A DNA stretch of 64,000 bases from Tubiluchus corallicola (Eukaryota > Animalia > Priapulida): the NCBI GenBank assembly GCA_030141605.1, contig JAQGDQ010000155.1, positions 310,001-374,000 of the forward strand, read 5' to 3'. Below the pieces are notes generated by a model that did not search any database, was not told the DNA's origin, and saw nothing but the letters and a program-made list of their open reading frames with translations. The position numbers and the translations under genes are program-made. Below, piece after piece: positions 1 through 22,510 of this stretch; the stretch's first letter is position 1; each line of letters starts with the position of its first letter.

Positions 1-2139
1 TGCTTTAACAATAAACAAGCATGATCTAATAACCTATGTACTTGCTTAGCTGATTTTTCTTACTTGCTCAGACCATTCATAGTATATTTAAATTTTGAAA
101 CCAATATGTAGCATGCACGACCAATTTCATCAAGAATAACCAAGAATGCTCAATCAGTCCATTCCAAACATCAAGTCTAGACATAAGTGTGTACATTAGT
201 TGTTTATTCTGTTAAAAAAACATAAACATGTAAATAAATAAATTGCTGCACATTTTGTGAAAATAATATTTTCAAATTAGTACATTTGCAAAGATTTTAA
301 TATAAAACTCCAACTTAATTTTAGTTAATACAATTATCAATGTTGTGATTACTTAAATAAATTAATTGCCTAGTTCACGTTCACACCACTGATTAATAAA
401 AAATGTTTATAAATAAATTAATAAACTGCTTTAATTTAAGTACCACACATATACAGTTAATTCCACTAGCTAACCAAATTGCAAAAATTATTAAAAATAA
501 AAGTAACTCACATACATGCCTAAACAGTAAACATTAGAGCACCATTAGGGAACTGTAACAGCAAATTGACAATAAACACCATTTGCAACTGCAGACTACA
601 GGAAACAATAATTTAATTAACTCAACAAAACAGAAGTTCTAAATTACATGTGACCAGCCCCAACATATCATGGCCAAGTGTCTGTTGCATTTCACAAAAC
701 CGGGTACCTAAAGTCATGAACCATGAAATAACCTGACAGGTAAGTTGAGGTAACTGCCTGCTGACCTCAGAGGGCAGCACTGTCCAGCACACAATACAAA
801 AAAGACAGCTTCAATTACACGTCTAAATCGCATTATTATCATTTATGAAACCCAATTTAAAAAATTGGTCCTAGAAATGCGTTAACCAAAGGGGTTATGC
901 GGTTGCGAGCATATGTCGTAAGTTGTACTGAAGTTTATAGTACTTAGCAAAGTAGCGGCCGACCAGCAAGTGGCACCTGGCATTTGTTAGTATATGTAGT
1001 TTGTATTAGAGAGAAAACAAGTGTGTAATATATGTCAAAAAAGGAAAAGTAAGGCAGGTCAGTAAGAATAGCGATAGTAGAATAGCGATAAATAAAGTTT
1101 CGTAAAAGAGGATCTTGGAAAATAGGTTTATATATTATAGTTTTTAGTTATTTGGGAGGTGATTATGGTTATTGTTAGTTTTCTGTTTTATAAAGATTAC
1201 TCTTGTTTATGTTCGGTACATTAAAATAGATTTTTGCTTTTCAAGGTTGACATTGTTATCATTGAATTTTTTAAGCTTTTTTAAATTCACTTATGTAGGA
1301 ACGTATTTATAATCATAAAAAACAGCTTGTGTTTATGGAGTGAGATTTTGTATACATATAGCTGTATTATTTAGCAAGGAATATGTTATGTAAGGAGTAT
1401 GGAAAACAAATCAAAATACAAAATGTTGGAGTCGTCAGTGGGACCTGAGAGCCGAGTTTCGGCCGCTAGAAATTGTTAAATATTTAAAATTTCTGGGAAT
1501 AAAAACTTTAGTTGATTTTAAGTGGGAAGTTAATATGCCCTGTTGAGTAAGTGCACTGTTTAGGTCACTAATGTGATTTTAGAATCAACTAATGCAATTT
1601 GTAGCGCTTTAATAGTTCAAATTAGGTAAAAAAAAGGTTGAAAAAATAAAAACGGTTATAAGCAAAGCAAAATAATCGTAATTAAACGTGCCTCGTTCAG
1701 TGAGAAAAAAGGTGTCAGATATTCAACGTCATTAAAACGAAACATCATTAAATGAAGACATTCAACAAGGCTTACTGTAATATTTTTGTAAATGTAAGAA
1801 GTATTCGTAAGACTTAAACGTTTAGAGAGAAAACGAAACACGAAATGCATTAATTTTGATTTCACACTGAAAGATAATTATTAATCATAATTTTCTTCGT
1901 CACAAATAATCCAGCAATGTTTCATTGTTCACAATGTTTAGAAAACTTACGCAATGAATTTGCCTGAATATCACAATCATTCACATTTTTGGTATCAATA
2001 TCGTTACGTAAAAATTGGTGACAAAAATTTGTACAGGAAATATCTAGACATCTTTCTATAAATTCTGTCGATATTGATATATAAAATTCAAGTTTTTTGC
2101 AAACTTGCACACGATCATAGAAGCAGTGTCAATACTTAA

Positions 2140-2596
2140 CCCTTTCAGTCCCAAATTATTTTTTAATAAGACAAAATTTTTTGGCTTGGTACTTTTGTTC
2201 AGTATGTCCATCTTGTTTACACATAATAATTATTTTTTCTACCTGTGCCCGCGTGCTAAATATAGCCTGTATCCCACGGGATACATTGGGATTCAATGGA
2301 AGCATAAAATGTGCTTCATTTTGCAATTGCTGATAATTTTTTAAAGTATTTAAGACATTTAGTATGCATGCTATGCTGATCTGTACAAAGTCGTCTCTAA
2401 AGTACTGTACCTTGCGCAGTTTTTGTGCTACGCAGATTTTCTAGTTTGCCATTTTATCACCATTTTTAGTCTATTGTTATTGGCTTAAATCAAAATAACT
2501 ATTAACAGAACAAATAACTGTCAGTTTTAAAATTTTACTAATTTCAAAGGCAGAAAATATTCCCGTATCCCACGGGATACAACGGGTAGGAAAGGG
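2140..2596. mobile_element. piggyBac-type non-autonomous element (MITE), copy A
   Basis: TTAA (2136-2139) + CCCTTTC...GAAAGGG + TTAA (2597-2600). TTAA target duplication with CCC/GGG termini is the piggyBac signature. Internal hairpin motif GTATCCCACGGGATAC occurs twice. A full reverse-complement copy lies at 4068-4526. Confidence 0.8.
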
Positions 2597-2600
2597 TTAA

Positions 2601-3011
2601 AGGGATTGATTAGCTAGATAGTCTTTTGAAAAGAAGTAGTGAAATGGCAGAGATGTCGTAGTCACATATTGCGGTGAACGTAGAACCAGGAGACTAATGC
2701 CTGTTTAAGCATGATCATGTACTGCAGCGTTAGTTTCTGACGTCATATGATGTAAAGACCATTTTTCGTGACATCATGCGTTTAAACTGTGCTATAACAC
2801 CTATGAAAATTTGCTTGATGCACAAGGGAAGACGCCTGAAATTGCACAAACTGTGTTAGTTTTTGACGTATGCAATAGCTATGCTTAGTTGCCATTAATT
2901 AATTTTCTAAACTAATTATTCAAATATAAAGAATAACTGTTAACTTTTATAGGCAAGAAATGGGCAGCAAATTAAAATGAGATTGGGTCTAAACAATCGT
3001 CCAGTCTTCCT
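2601..3011. mobile_element. Kolobok-like TTAA non-autonomous element (divergent or partial copy)
   Basis: Bounded by TTAA-AGG...CCT-TTAA. The right part (about 2700-3011, ending AAACAATCGTCCAGTCTTCCT) is the reverse complement of the left part of the element at 29816-30340. Confidence 0.55.
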
Positions 3012-3699
3012 TTAACTTTCAGTTTTTGCTAGTTTCTCAAAAGTTGAACCTTTAGCATGGTAAAAGGCTATTAACTGAGGTTAATTAAAGGACATGTAAT
3101 TAAAGCAAGTCTCAGAAAATTTTCGCTAAAGAATTATAACAGTCAGAGGTAATCTTAAGCGTTTATCGTACTCACGTTGAAAGAATTTCCTTTTTGTTTT
3201 CATTTTAAATACTCCCGCGAGACTGTCACGGCGGCGCCATATTAGATGGCGTCACGGAAGCACAACACAAATCTTTATAGTACACGTGCTCAGAACCCAC
3301 TGCGACTGTGTTCGAGTGATGTCATGCCACGTGATCAGTCACATGCTGGCTTTTGAATTGGCGATCTGTAATGCAATTTGCACATGTATATGCTGCATAA
3401 GAATCTCTTTTGTAATTTCTGGGTAATATTGCATTTATATTTACATTTACTTCAGTGGAAAATTATCTGTATTATTATTATAACTGTAAGATGCAAAGTG
3501 GAAATAAATAAGCTTAAATTTAAACTTAAATACCTTGGGCTGCGAGGTGCTGTCTAGCGCGCACAAACACGCTATCTGGTACACTTAATCTTTGATCTTT
3601 TCATTCGCTGATATTGTGGAAAACGTACCTTACTACTTCAGTGAAAATTTCGAACAAAAAAAGACATTGCTATTCTCCTGTGTGTTTTAGATAGTCCAG

Positions 3700-3862
3700 A
3701 TTAATTGTTTAGGCCTGAAAATTTGTGTTCATTACCCTTCCTGTAAGCCAGATACCAACTTACCTACATTACCGCCGAAAAAAATAGTGATAGACAGACA
3801 TACATACAGACAGACAGAACCGATAACTTTACAGTTCCCTACTTCGTTGGAGCAACTATAGT
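3700..3862 (+). mobile_element. Possible Helentron/DINE-1-like (HINE) 3' fragment
   Basis: (GACA)n/(CATA)n microsatellite followed by an imperfect stem-loop (AGTTCCCTACTTCGTTGGAGCAACT), the layout of DINE-1-like element ends. No other support. Confidence 0.3.
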
Positions 3863-4067
3863 CATCGAGTAACTATTAATAAAGCACATTAACATTAATA
3901 TATAGCATTAAGATAGATTCTTACTTGATAAATTACTTCTTACTAGCATTAAGATAATAATGACGTTTATTAGATTAGCATGGAGGCCTTTCTCCAAACC
4001 GCATTGATCAATCTGCACATGATTAATTGATAGTTTAAGTCACATAGTCAACCGTGTAAAAGTTTAA

Positions 4068-4526
4068 CCCTTTCATACCCGTTGAATCCCGTGGGATACG
4101 AGAATATTTTCTGCCTTTAAAATTAATAAAATTTTAAAACTGACAGTTATTTGATCTGTTAATAGTTATTTTCATTTAAGCCAATAACAATAGACTAAAA
4201 ATGGTGATAAAATGGCAAACTAAAAAATCTACATAGCTTGAAAAACTACCAAAGGTACAGTAGTTTAGAGACGGCATTGTACAGATCAGCATAGCATGAA
4301 TACTAAATGTCTTAAATACTTTGAAAAATTATCAACAGTTGCAAAATGAAGCACATTTCATGCTTCCATTGAATCCCAATGTATCCTGTGGGATACAGGC
4401 TATATTTAGCACACTGGCACAGGTAGAAAACAATTATTATTGTGTGTAAACAAGATGGACATACTGAACAAAAGTACCAAGCCAAATTTTTTTTTCTTAT
4501 TAAAAAATATTTTGGGACTGAAAGGG
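4068..4526. mobile_element. piggyBac-type MITE, copy B (inverted relative to copy A)
   Basis: TTAA (4064-4067) CCCTTTC...GAAAGGG TTAA (4527-4530). Aligns end to end as the reverse complement of 2140-2596. Confidence 0.8.
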
Positions 4527-6039
4527 TTAAGGTAAAAACCGTATTACATGTAATTTTTTATTTGCGATTGATGCGTTTGTCCGAAAATAAGGCTTCAACA
4601 TGACTAAATGATATAATGAGCCATCGCTTTGTCTTGCTTTCTAAAATGTTACGTCGACTTGACATGCGTTCGAGATTTGACAGCTTGTATATCGACAAGA
4701 AAAAGTACAACTCCATCCGTGTCGTCGTATCAGCATTATAGGCCTCCGGGCAAAGCAGAGCACTGGGGACTTACACAACCACGCACAGAAATAAATATGT
4801 AAATGGTGGATGAAATTAAACATATGTTTATTGTTATTTTTACTTCCAGCAAAATCAGTGTTTACACATTAAAAGACATGCTTTACAGTAAAGATTAATC
4901 AATGCAAACGTTTGAACAATATAATATGAGCCTTGAAAACAAACAAAAAAATTAAACATATAAATGAATAGCAAAGTGAACTTGCCACACAATAACAAAT
5001 ATTTACAGTTTTATATAGTATAACATTTATTTATTGACAGCAAGTGCCCAGCAACTGACAGCATCCCGGGGGGGGGGGGTCAACTGCCCAGCATGCCCAT
5101 GCATTTAACGGCTTTGGACTACATGTGTACGTGGAATCGTGATGCGTAATCCGCAATGCGTGTACAAAGATTATTATTCAAACACGTAGAGTAACGCTAA
5201 GGTGGAGGTATTTTCATGTGTACGTAATGCGCAATCCCTAATGCGTGATGCGTATTCACTCGAATGTGATATCTATTGTCAGAATACGCATCACCTAGCA
5301 AACCGCAGACGTGACACCACTGTTGCCCAAGCGATTTAGCGAGTTTTCAAGTTTCGGGTGACCGTTTTCGCTGATTGGCTCCATAGTCAGGTGAGTTTTG
5401 GTCACTTCAGAATTTATACGCAATAATATTTTTTCGATTTGAGTTTTTAAGAGCTGGAAGAAGCATATAATTATATTGTTCTGAATCTAATTGCAGTTTT
5501 TTCATGATACGTGCCATGGTATTGTTCTCGGTCTCTGCAAAATGTTGTGCACACAAAACCTGTGGTTCTTTGTCCGTCTAATAGTACAATAACAAGCTAA
5601 TGTCACTGCTGTAATTATCACCAGCATTATTATATCACCCATAATTATAACCCTATGGGCTAATATAGACTGCAATCTAGAACCCCTCAGGCTTTGGGGG
5701 CTCATACTTTGCATTGCTGAGTAACAAAGGAGGCCAGGAAGTTTGAAAATCCAATTTTAAAGTGGCTCTTTTATTTGAGATAAAGGATCCCTGTTTGAGA
5801 CCTTGTATTTGAGACAAAGTGCCTTTTTTGAGATAAGGGCCCCCTCTTTGAAATCCTTTATTTGAAATATGGGATCCCAGCTATGTAAAGGTTGTTGAAA
5901 TATATCATTTCCAGCCACACATTTTCATCGCTATCTGACTCTTTATTTGGTTGTGTGTCACCAGTGGTGTATTGGAGGGGGATCGTGGGGGATCGCCGTC
6001 GACCCACTTTTTTTTAGAAAAAAAATCACATTTCAATAA

Positions 6040-6253
6040 ATGTCTGCTTTTTGTATTCATTAGATAAAAAATATTAAAAATGTATAAATATATGTGACAA
6101 AAAGGGATCAATTTTGTTGATTGGGTATGGAGTAAAATTAGACAAGTTGATGGTCGGCTTATACATGGGTTTTTGCAAAAACTGGCCATTTTAAAGCAGT
6201 TTTAGGGGGTCGACTTATATGCGATGTAGGCTTATATGCGAGTATATACGGTA
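6040..6253. mobile_element. Tc1/mariner (pogo/Tigger-like) non-autonomous element end
   Basis: Ends in GTCGACTTATATGCG...CTTATATGCGAGTATATACGG-TA, a typical terminal inverted repeat of this class followed by TA. Left boundary approximate. Confidence 0.45.
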
Positions 6254-6601
6254 TATATTCGAGACGAGTGCGAGCAAATTAAAGTGTGGCTCCGTCTGAG
6301 GAAGCCTCCTAATTTCATTAGCCTAGGCGCCCTAAAAGGTCTTAATTCGGCTCTCACCTGAGGCGTGTGTTTTTTTAAATTATTGCTCCTAATTTTTACG
6401 AACAACAAGCAAAAATGGCGGACAGTGAGCGTCGTGAGTTTTGTCATCGCGCGTAGCGTAGACGGGCACATGAACACGGGCAATACGCATTACGGATCCC
6501 GCATTACGCATTGCGCGCACATGTAGTTCTAGCTTAAACGTCTAGCTTCAGCTTAAAAACTGCAGGCGATTCCTGCATTTCCATAATCATCATAAGAGCA
6601 T

Positions 6602-6809
6602 CATAATCACCTGCGTCAAAGTAAGAATTAATTAACTTTTTTAGTAAAATTTAAGCACTTGCGATGCATAATAATCACCAGCGTCAAAGTAAGAACTAAT
6701 TAACTTTTTTATTAAAATTTTAGCGCTTGCGAGGCATAATAATCACCAGCGTCAAAGTAAGAATTAATTAACTTTTTTATTAAAATTTTAGCGCTTGCGA
6801 GGCATAATT
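6602..6809. repeat. 68-bp tandem repeat, 3 copies
   Basis: AATCACC(T/A)GCGTCAAAGTAAGAA... recurs at 6605, 6673 and 6741. Confidence 0.9.
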
Positions 6810-6831
6810 CCATGATCTGTCTTCATCATTA

Positions 6832-7209
6832 CTTAGTTGTATTATGGCTGTGATTTCCAGAGCGTTTGTAAACCATTGCGGTTTATTTCTAACAATTATT
6901 ACCAATTGGGGGTAGTCAGTAGGAGAAAGAATGGAGATGCTGAAAAATTGTTGTCTAGCCGCGATTTAAACCCGAGACCTGAGATAAGTACTCTCATGCT
7001 TACCAGCTGAACTACTAGTTCAACATGACAAAGTGGACCCTGACAAAAGATGACATAGATTTCGTCCTCGTAGCACACAGTCCAACAGCGCCACCTGTAC
7101 CCATGACAGTAGCTGAATACCTATGGTATCAGCACTTTTCTCAGCCAGTAGCTGGCAACTAATGATATCATTAATTAGTTAGATTATGGCTGTGATTTCC
7201 AGAGTGTTT
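6832..7209 (-). mobile_element. tRNA-derived SINE-like relic between ~35-bp direct repeats
   Basis: Minus strand of about 6950-7020 reads TAGTAGTTCAGCTGGTAAG (A-box-like)...GGGTTTAAATCGC (B-box-like). TTATGGCTGTGATTTCCAGAG(C/T)GTTT occurs at about 6842 and 7183. Confidence 0.4.
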
Positions 7210-7524
7210 ACAATGCTGTGCAAGTTGTCGAACTCTTTTTGCTGGTTGTAGTCTTTATGTGTAAAATAATTAAATTGAAGTTTATTTCATTATTTTTCTG
7301 TTTTGTCTCTAAGCAGAGTATTGATGTAACTAGAAAGAAATTGTGAATTTAATTTAGTGTTATTGTAGAATCTACGTTTTGTTTCTAAATGTAAATTAAA
7401 ACAAAAACACGAGAATGGAAACATATGACAAATGATGATTGTTGTTTAAAGGTATAATGATCAATGATATAAGTTAGCTAAACGCCACGCTATAAGTAAA
7501 GAGTTTTTTGAACTTGAATTAATA

Positions 7525-7894
7525 AGCCTTTTCACAGTTCCAGGATTGACCATGATCGTTAAAAGGTCAAAGGTTAACAGTACCAGAGAACACATTTGTG
7601 TTCACTTGACAACGCCTCGCAGCCCAAGCTATTGTAATATAACAGCTTTAACAGCTAACTAGAACGTTACGTAGTTCGTTTTTTCTTGTTCCCAAGCACA
7701 AACCTGCTAATAATACACTTTACACACAGACTAATGCATAATTAAGTCCACCGTAAATCAACTGAAATTACTAAACTAATGCTTTGCGTTACCCACATGT
7801 CACGTGATATTGTAGTTAAGACGCGTTGCCGTGGTACACTTAGCCTTTGACCTACAGCAACTGCGCGTGCGCACAACGAACCCGTGAAAAGGCT
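7525..7894. mobile_element. TA-flanked MITE (TIR AGCCTTTTCAC), copy 1
   Basis: TA-AGCCTTTTCAC...GTGAAAAGGCT-TA. Inverted homologous copies at 58279-58664 and 63395-63755. Confidence 0.8.
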
Positions 7895-8115
7895 TATTGT
7901 TATTTTGACGTCGGTGATTTTTTATTACGATGATTCCTGAATGATTATTAAAAGCTTTCTATAGGAATATTCTTGAAGGAAAAGTCAAACCTTCTGGAAA
8001 GTTAGGCTTGATTTAATGTCTGCGAAAAATGTTAGAAGGATTTAGCAATAAAAGTGCGATAAGGGCCTCGCGTAATGAGTAAAATCACTTTAAAGTCGCC
8101 ATTTTTCCTGCTTGG

Positions 8116-10299
8116 CAGCAGACAGACGGACAGATGCGTGTATCATCTAAGCACCAGTTTAACTAGTATGGCAGACGCAAGATAACTTACCGGCAACTTT
8201 TAACGTTAATTTTCCTGTTTCGACGTTTACTGTTCTGTAAAACACTGACTGAAACACAATTTCTAAAGGACGGCACAATTTCCTGTATTGCAGCACTGGA
8301 CCTTCAGGAATGAGCTGCTACCATCCCATGTTATGTTAATATGTATCTGGAAATAAAACTGCTTATCTCAACAAGGCTACATTATTAACGAACCAGAGTA
8401 CAATAGCGTGTTCTGGTAATCTTTTGAAACCATTAAGTGACTTTCTACATTAGTAACAAATCAGAGCACAATATCGTGTTCTGGTTAAATGACTTTAGTG
8501 CATTTGCAGTGCGAATGTATGATCCTGTAAATACATATGATCCTGCTCGCGTCCTTGATATCAGTGTGTTCAGGTGAAGCATTGCTGCTATCCAAGAATC
8601 AAAACGCTTTTTTATTATTGCGGTTTTGAAAGTGTCCAAAAATCTCATTAAATGGGACTGGCAGCAATTAATGATTTAACGTGTTATTTCCAGTTAAGGC
8701 TATTAAGTTAAGGTAAAAACCGTATTACATGTAATTTTTATTTGCGATTGATACGTTTGTCCAAAAATAAGTCTACGGAAAGACACGATACGCTCACGAA
8801 AAGTCACGAAGTCTCCCAGACTCAGTTACGTCATAATTTTCAAGTGATGAAACCACTACGCCTGAAAATTTCTATTCAGAAGTAGTACATTTTAAATTTA
8901 TGCTTCATAGGCAGTTTTTGCGCATATATTTCTTACATATTTTATATATATATGCAAATTTCTTTGTTATATATTTCTAAGTTTAAGAGATAACAGTAGA
9001 ATAAACTGAACACACGAGTGACTTCTTCTTTCCTTTAATTTAGGCACTAGATCGCATTTCTCTACCATTAACGATGGCTGCGGAAGAACATTTCATGGAA
9101 CTGATAGGAAATGAAACAGATTTAAAACTTTCCGAGAACCTGAAACTCTTGGGCGTATTCATGGCCATACAACACACAATTGCTGCTGCCATCGTGATAT
9201 CCAACCTGCTGGTAATTGTAGTTCTAGTCAGATACAAACACTTGCAACAGTTCAGTAACTGGTACATATGCAACTTGGCGGTGGCAGATTTTTTGACAGG
9301 GGCATCACTGCATCATACCACGTACGGAAACCGCTCAATGGAATCGTTTAGGTTGTCTAGGGTAGAATGTCTGTCATTGTTTCAAACCTCCATTCTCTTC
9401 GGCGTCGAATCGCTGTTGATGTTGTTGGCGCTGACGGTGGACCGTTACATCGCCATCCAGCATGCGCTGCACTACGAGCTGATCGTCAAGAAGTGGAAGG
9501 TTCTGCTGACCATTGCAGTTTCTTGGGCGTACTCGATTTCCTTCAGCTTCCTACTGTACTACAACGACCGCTTTGATCCGATACATAATTGCCGCTTCGA
9601 AATGGTTGTTAACCAACACGTCATCATCATCATGAACGTTCACTTCTTTATCAACGCCATCGTCCTGCTGATCGTGAACGGGATCATTATGGTTATTGCT
9701 CGCCATCATGTGCAACGGATTTATCCGGATACTACGTCATACCACCGTAACGTCAAATCTGCTAAGATCATCTTCCTCGTTGCTGGGACTTTCATTGTCT
9801 GTTGGATGCCATTCAGCATCACTAGCATCGTTGTCATGGACATGGACAATTATACTAAAGATTTGCATCATATCCGCAGATTAGGTTACATTTTAGTATA
9901 CACGAACTCCTTCATGAACCCATTTATTTACTTTAGAAAAAATAAGGGACTTCGAGAGTCTTTGAAGAAGATGATGAGTTTTGAGACGCTTAAAACTTGT
10001 TTCAAACGCAACAGTGACAATGTTGTCAACATCTGGGCGGGCGAAAATGCTCAATGAGTTGCTGCCTTGCTGATGCATTGTTGTGGAACGCGGAATTTTC
10101 TTGTTACCTGCAAACTTTTGACGAATCTTAAAGACATTATTATTATTATTAGTATAAATTTTTTATTCACAAATCCATTCCAAATCAGGCCCTCTATTCG
10201 CAGGGCAAAAGTTACAAAGTAATTTAAATAAAATGTATTACAGAATGCTATACCTAATTGCAATATTACAATTACAGTATGAATGGGTTTTTTTACATT
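8116..10299 (+). repeat. Duplicated ~2.2 kb block carrying the GPCR coding exon (copy 1; copy 2 at 48790-51052)
   Basis: Colinear near-identity from CAGC(A/T)GACAGACGGACAGATGCG through to ...GTATGAATGGGTT...TACATT. Flanks outside the block are unrelated. Confidence 0.95.
9074..10057 (+). CDS. Class A (rhodopsin-like) GPCR, orphan/adenosine-receptor-like, copy 1 (327 aa)
   Basis: Seven hydrophobic segments; SN in TM1, NLAVAD in TM2, DRY in TM3, CWMP in TM6, NSFMNPFIY (NPxxY) in TM7; N-terminal sequon NET; Cys in TM3 and ECL2. A polypyrimidine/AG acceptor at 9041-9043 implies a 5'-UTR intron. Confidence 0.95.
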   Translation: MAAEEHFMELIGNETDLKLSENLKLLGVFMAIQHTIAAAIVISNLLVIVVLVRYKHLQQFSNWYICNLAVADFLTGASLHHTTYGNRSMESFRLSRVECLSLFQTSILFGVESLLMLLALTVDRYIAIQHALHYELIVKKWKVLLTIAVSWAYSISFSFLLYYNDRFDPIHNCRFEMVVNQHVIIIMNVHFFINAIVLLIVNGIIMVIARHHVQRIYPDTTSYHRNVKSAKIIFLVAGTFIVCWMPFSITSIVVMDMDNYTKDLHHIRRLGYILVYTNSFMNPFIYFRKNKGLRESLKKMMSFETLKTCFKRNSDNVVNIWAGENAQ

Positions 10300-10675
10300 A
10301 ACGGCCACTGTCATTCAAGCAACCAATCAGTGTTAAGCTAACTATTGTTAAGTACATGTTCTAAGAATAATTGTTGACCATTGACTAGCAAGTCAGCAGA
10401 TGAAGCGAGTCAGTAGAAGATATTACTAAAAATAGAATTGTAGTCAGATGTAAAAATAGACTTTCTAAATAGCTCAGGAAAAATGAATGTAAGTGTCAGA
10501 ACGCCGCTGGACTTACTTGTTAGTTGTGAGTCAGAGTGGTGACTCAGTACTTGTGACTTGTGATTAGTATGTGACAGTTGTGCTATAACTATGTTGCTTT
10601 CGGTTTAGTTGTCCCTGACATTGTTCACTATAAATATTCCGAAAGATAAGATTTTGATTGAAGCCCTTGCACTGC

Positions 10676-10833
<158 letters not shown>

Positions 10834-12978
10834 TGTTTATTCTCCAAATTTCCCAACAACCAGTTTAAAAGTTACGTTTTAAATTTTTAAGTTTTAGAAA
10901 TACATTTGGAGCATTTTGCAATTTCCATGACATATACTGTGTGAAATCTGCACCCTACAGTGTTTTTTTTTACAAATTATGACTGTAATTACAGGCAACT
11001 AATGAACTATTTACCTATATTATTGTGATGATCGGTTATACCACCCATCATTGTCGCAACACCTATTTTGATATATCTTTCCTATGATGTTGTGTGTGTA
11101 TAATTAATTATCTGATTACCTGATTCATTTATTCCACTGTTTATTCAAACTTATATTACATTGTGTTTTTTGTAAGATTTTGACACTAGATGGCTCTGGC
11201 CGCTTATTTCTCTGCTTACTATTAGGTGACCTGAAAATTCGAATACCAAATGGCTTCAACCTGATTTGGGATCTTACTACAGAGTTTGTGTTTTACACTA
11301 GTTATGTTCTGACTGTCGAAGTTACAGGGTGGTGGAGTTTTGCTGGTTAGTCCACGTCCTGAGGTTATTTGATATGGCTGAGCACCAAGTTTGGTGTGAA
11401 CCTGTCCGCAGAATAGGACTCAAATTCTCGCTAAATAGTAGTGGAAAACCAGTCGAGGACCAGTTCTACCTGGACCAATGGTCCATCTGTTCGTCTGAAA
11501 TAAAGGTTCTGTTTGTCACCCTGCAAAAGTACGATATTTGGCTTTATTACTGGAAGGCTGAGGCAACCAGGTACGAGTTCAACCGCTGGATTGCTGGAGC
11601 AGTTTTAAAGCGTGGTCCATGCAGAGGCTGGATCGGTGACCATTGGCAAGGAGTTGCTGGCAAGGACGTGGCAGACTGCTAGAGAATGTGGTATGGTTGA
11701 AGACTCAAGAGCGTGGTTGATAGATCCAAAAGCCTGATGAGAGACAGAAGTGTAGCCGGCCAACGTTACTTTTGGGGGAATTAGGTATTGTTCGAAATTG
11801 TTATCAATTCAATTTTTGATATCATTGTTTTACTGATTTAATTCTAAATCTAAATATTAGTTTTTAGTTCCGTTGTCGTTCTGTGCACGTGCACACAAGT
11901 GTTTCACCAGTGACACGGATTCACGTAGCCTACACAAATAAATTATTATCCTGTAGATTTAGCATATAAAAGTGACGGAAACGCCCGAGAACCCTGAACA
12001 CAGTACTCTGATTTCTTAACGTCCTGACTTAGTTATTACACGACGTCACAATTATAAGCCGCACTGCTCGTTTATGTTTAAAAGTACATTTGAGTACAAA
12101 GCAAACTTTCCATGAATTTATATATATCAGCAAAATTACCGATTAAATCTGGAAAGCTACAATTCTCAATATTACATAATTTAAGTGCTAATGCTGTTCT
12201 TTTACAATTTAAAATGAAATACAAAACTCACACACGTTGTCAACGACATTTTTCGATACCTAAATCGTGAGATATTAATCGCGAACCGATAATATTTTTA
12301 TAAGCACCAGTAAACAATTTCCTCTTATCATAAAACTCTGATACTGAATCTAGATTAATATTTACATAGGACGCCAGCAAACGTATACAATTCTTTAAAT
12401 CTGCTTTATCCCTTCGCTTTCTGTTAGCTGCTGTTGATTGTTGTTCTGCGATAAGCAATCTAAGGTTAACCGTTATAGCATATTTTCACTAGTCTGTTTC
12501 ATGATACTATTCCAGAAATTAATTTGTCTTTGTTCAATTAAGGAATCTAATTAGGGTACACAACAATCAAACAAAGAAACTTCAATTTTTGTCATTTTAT
12601 TTGGTTTGAAAAATTCTGTACTTTTCTTTTCTAATTTTTGATTAGAAGAATGCACAGTTCTACCTTGTTTGCCTGATTTGTACACATCACCAATTGTTAC
12701 GATGAATTCTAAATTGGTTTAAAAATTCAGTCAAGAAACTCGCTTAGTTACAGGTCCGTATACGCTCGTAACGGCGTACTTTTCAACCTAAAGACCGCAA
12801 ATTTTTTGTCCACAAGTAGTACTAACATACAATTCTACACAAAATTATCCAAAAAATCCGAAGTTACTACGTTTCCAAATTTACATGAATGCTCAACAAC
12901 TTTTAAAGCACCACGCTAGCTTCTTCAGTGCCGCGTATTCGTGAACTTAATTTCATAAACGTTTTTTGGGAGACGAAA

Positions 12979-22510
<9,532 letters not shown>

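Noticed and set aside
640-790. Possible minus-strand exon(s) near the window start, and another at about 44830-44937
   Set aside because: Plausible splice sites but no recognisable protein and no partner exons.
11329-11682. 117-aa ORF
   Set aside because: Non-ATG start and no recognisable motif; the region looks like repeat or LTR-like DNA.
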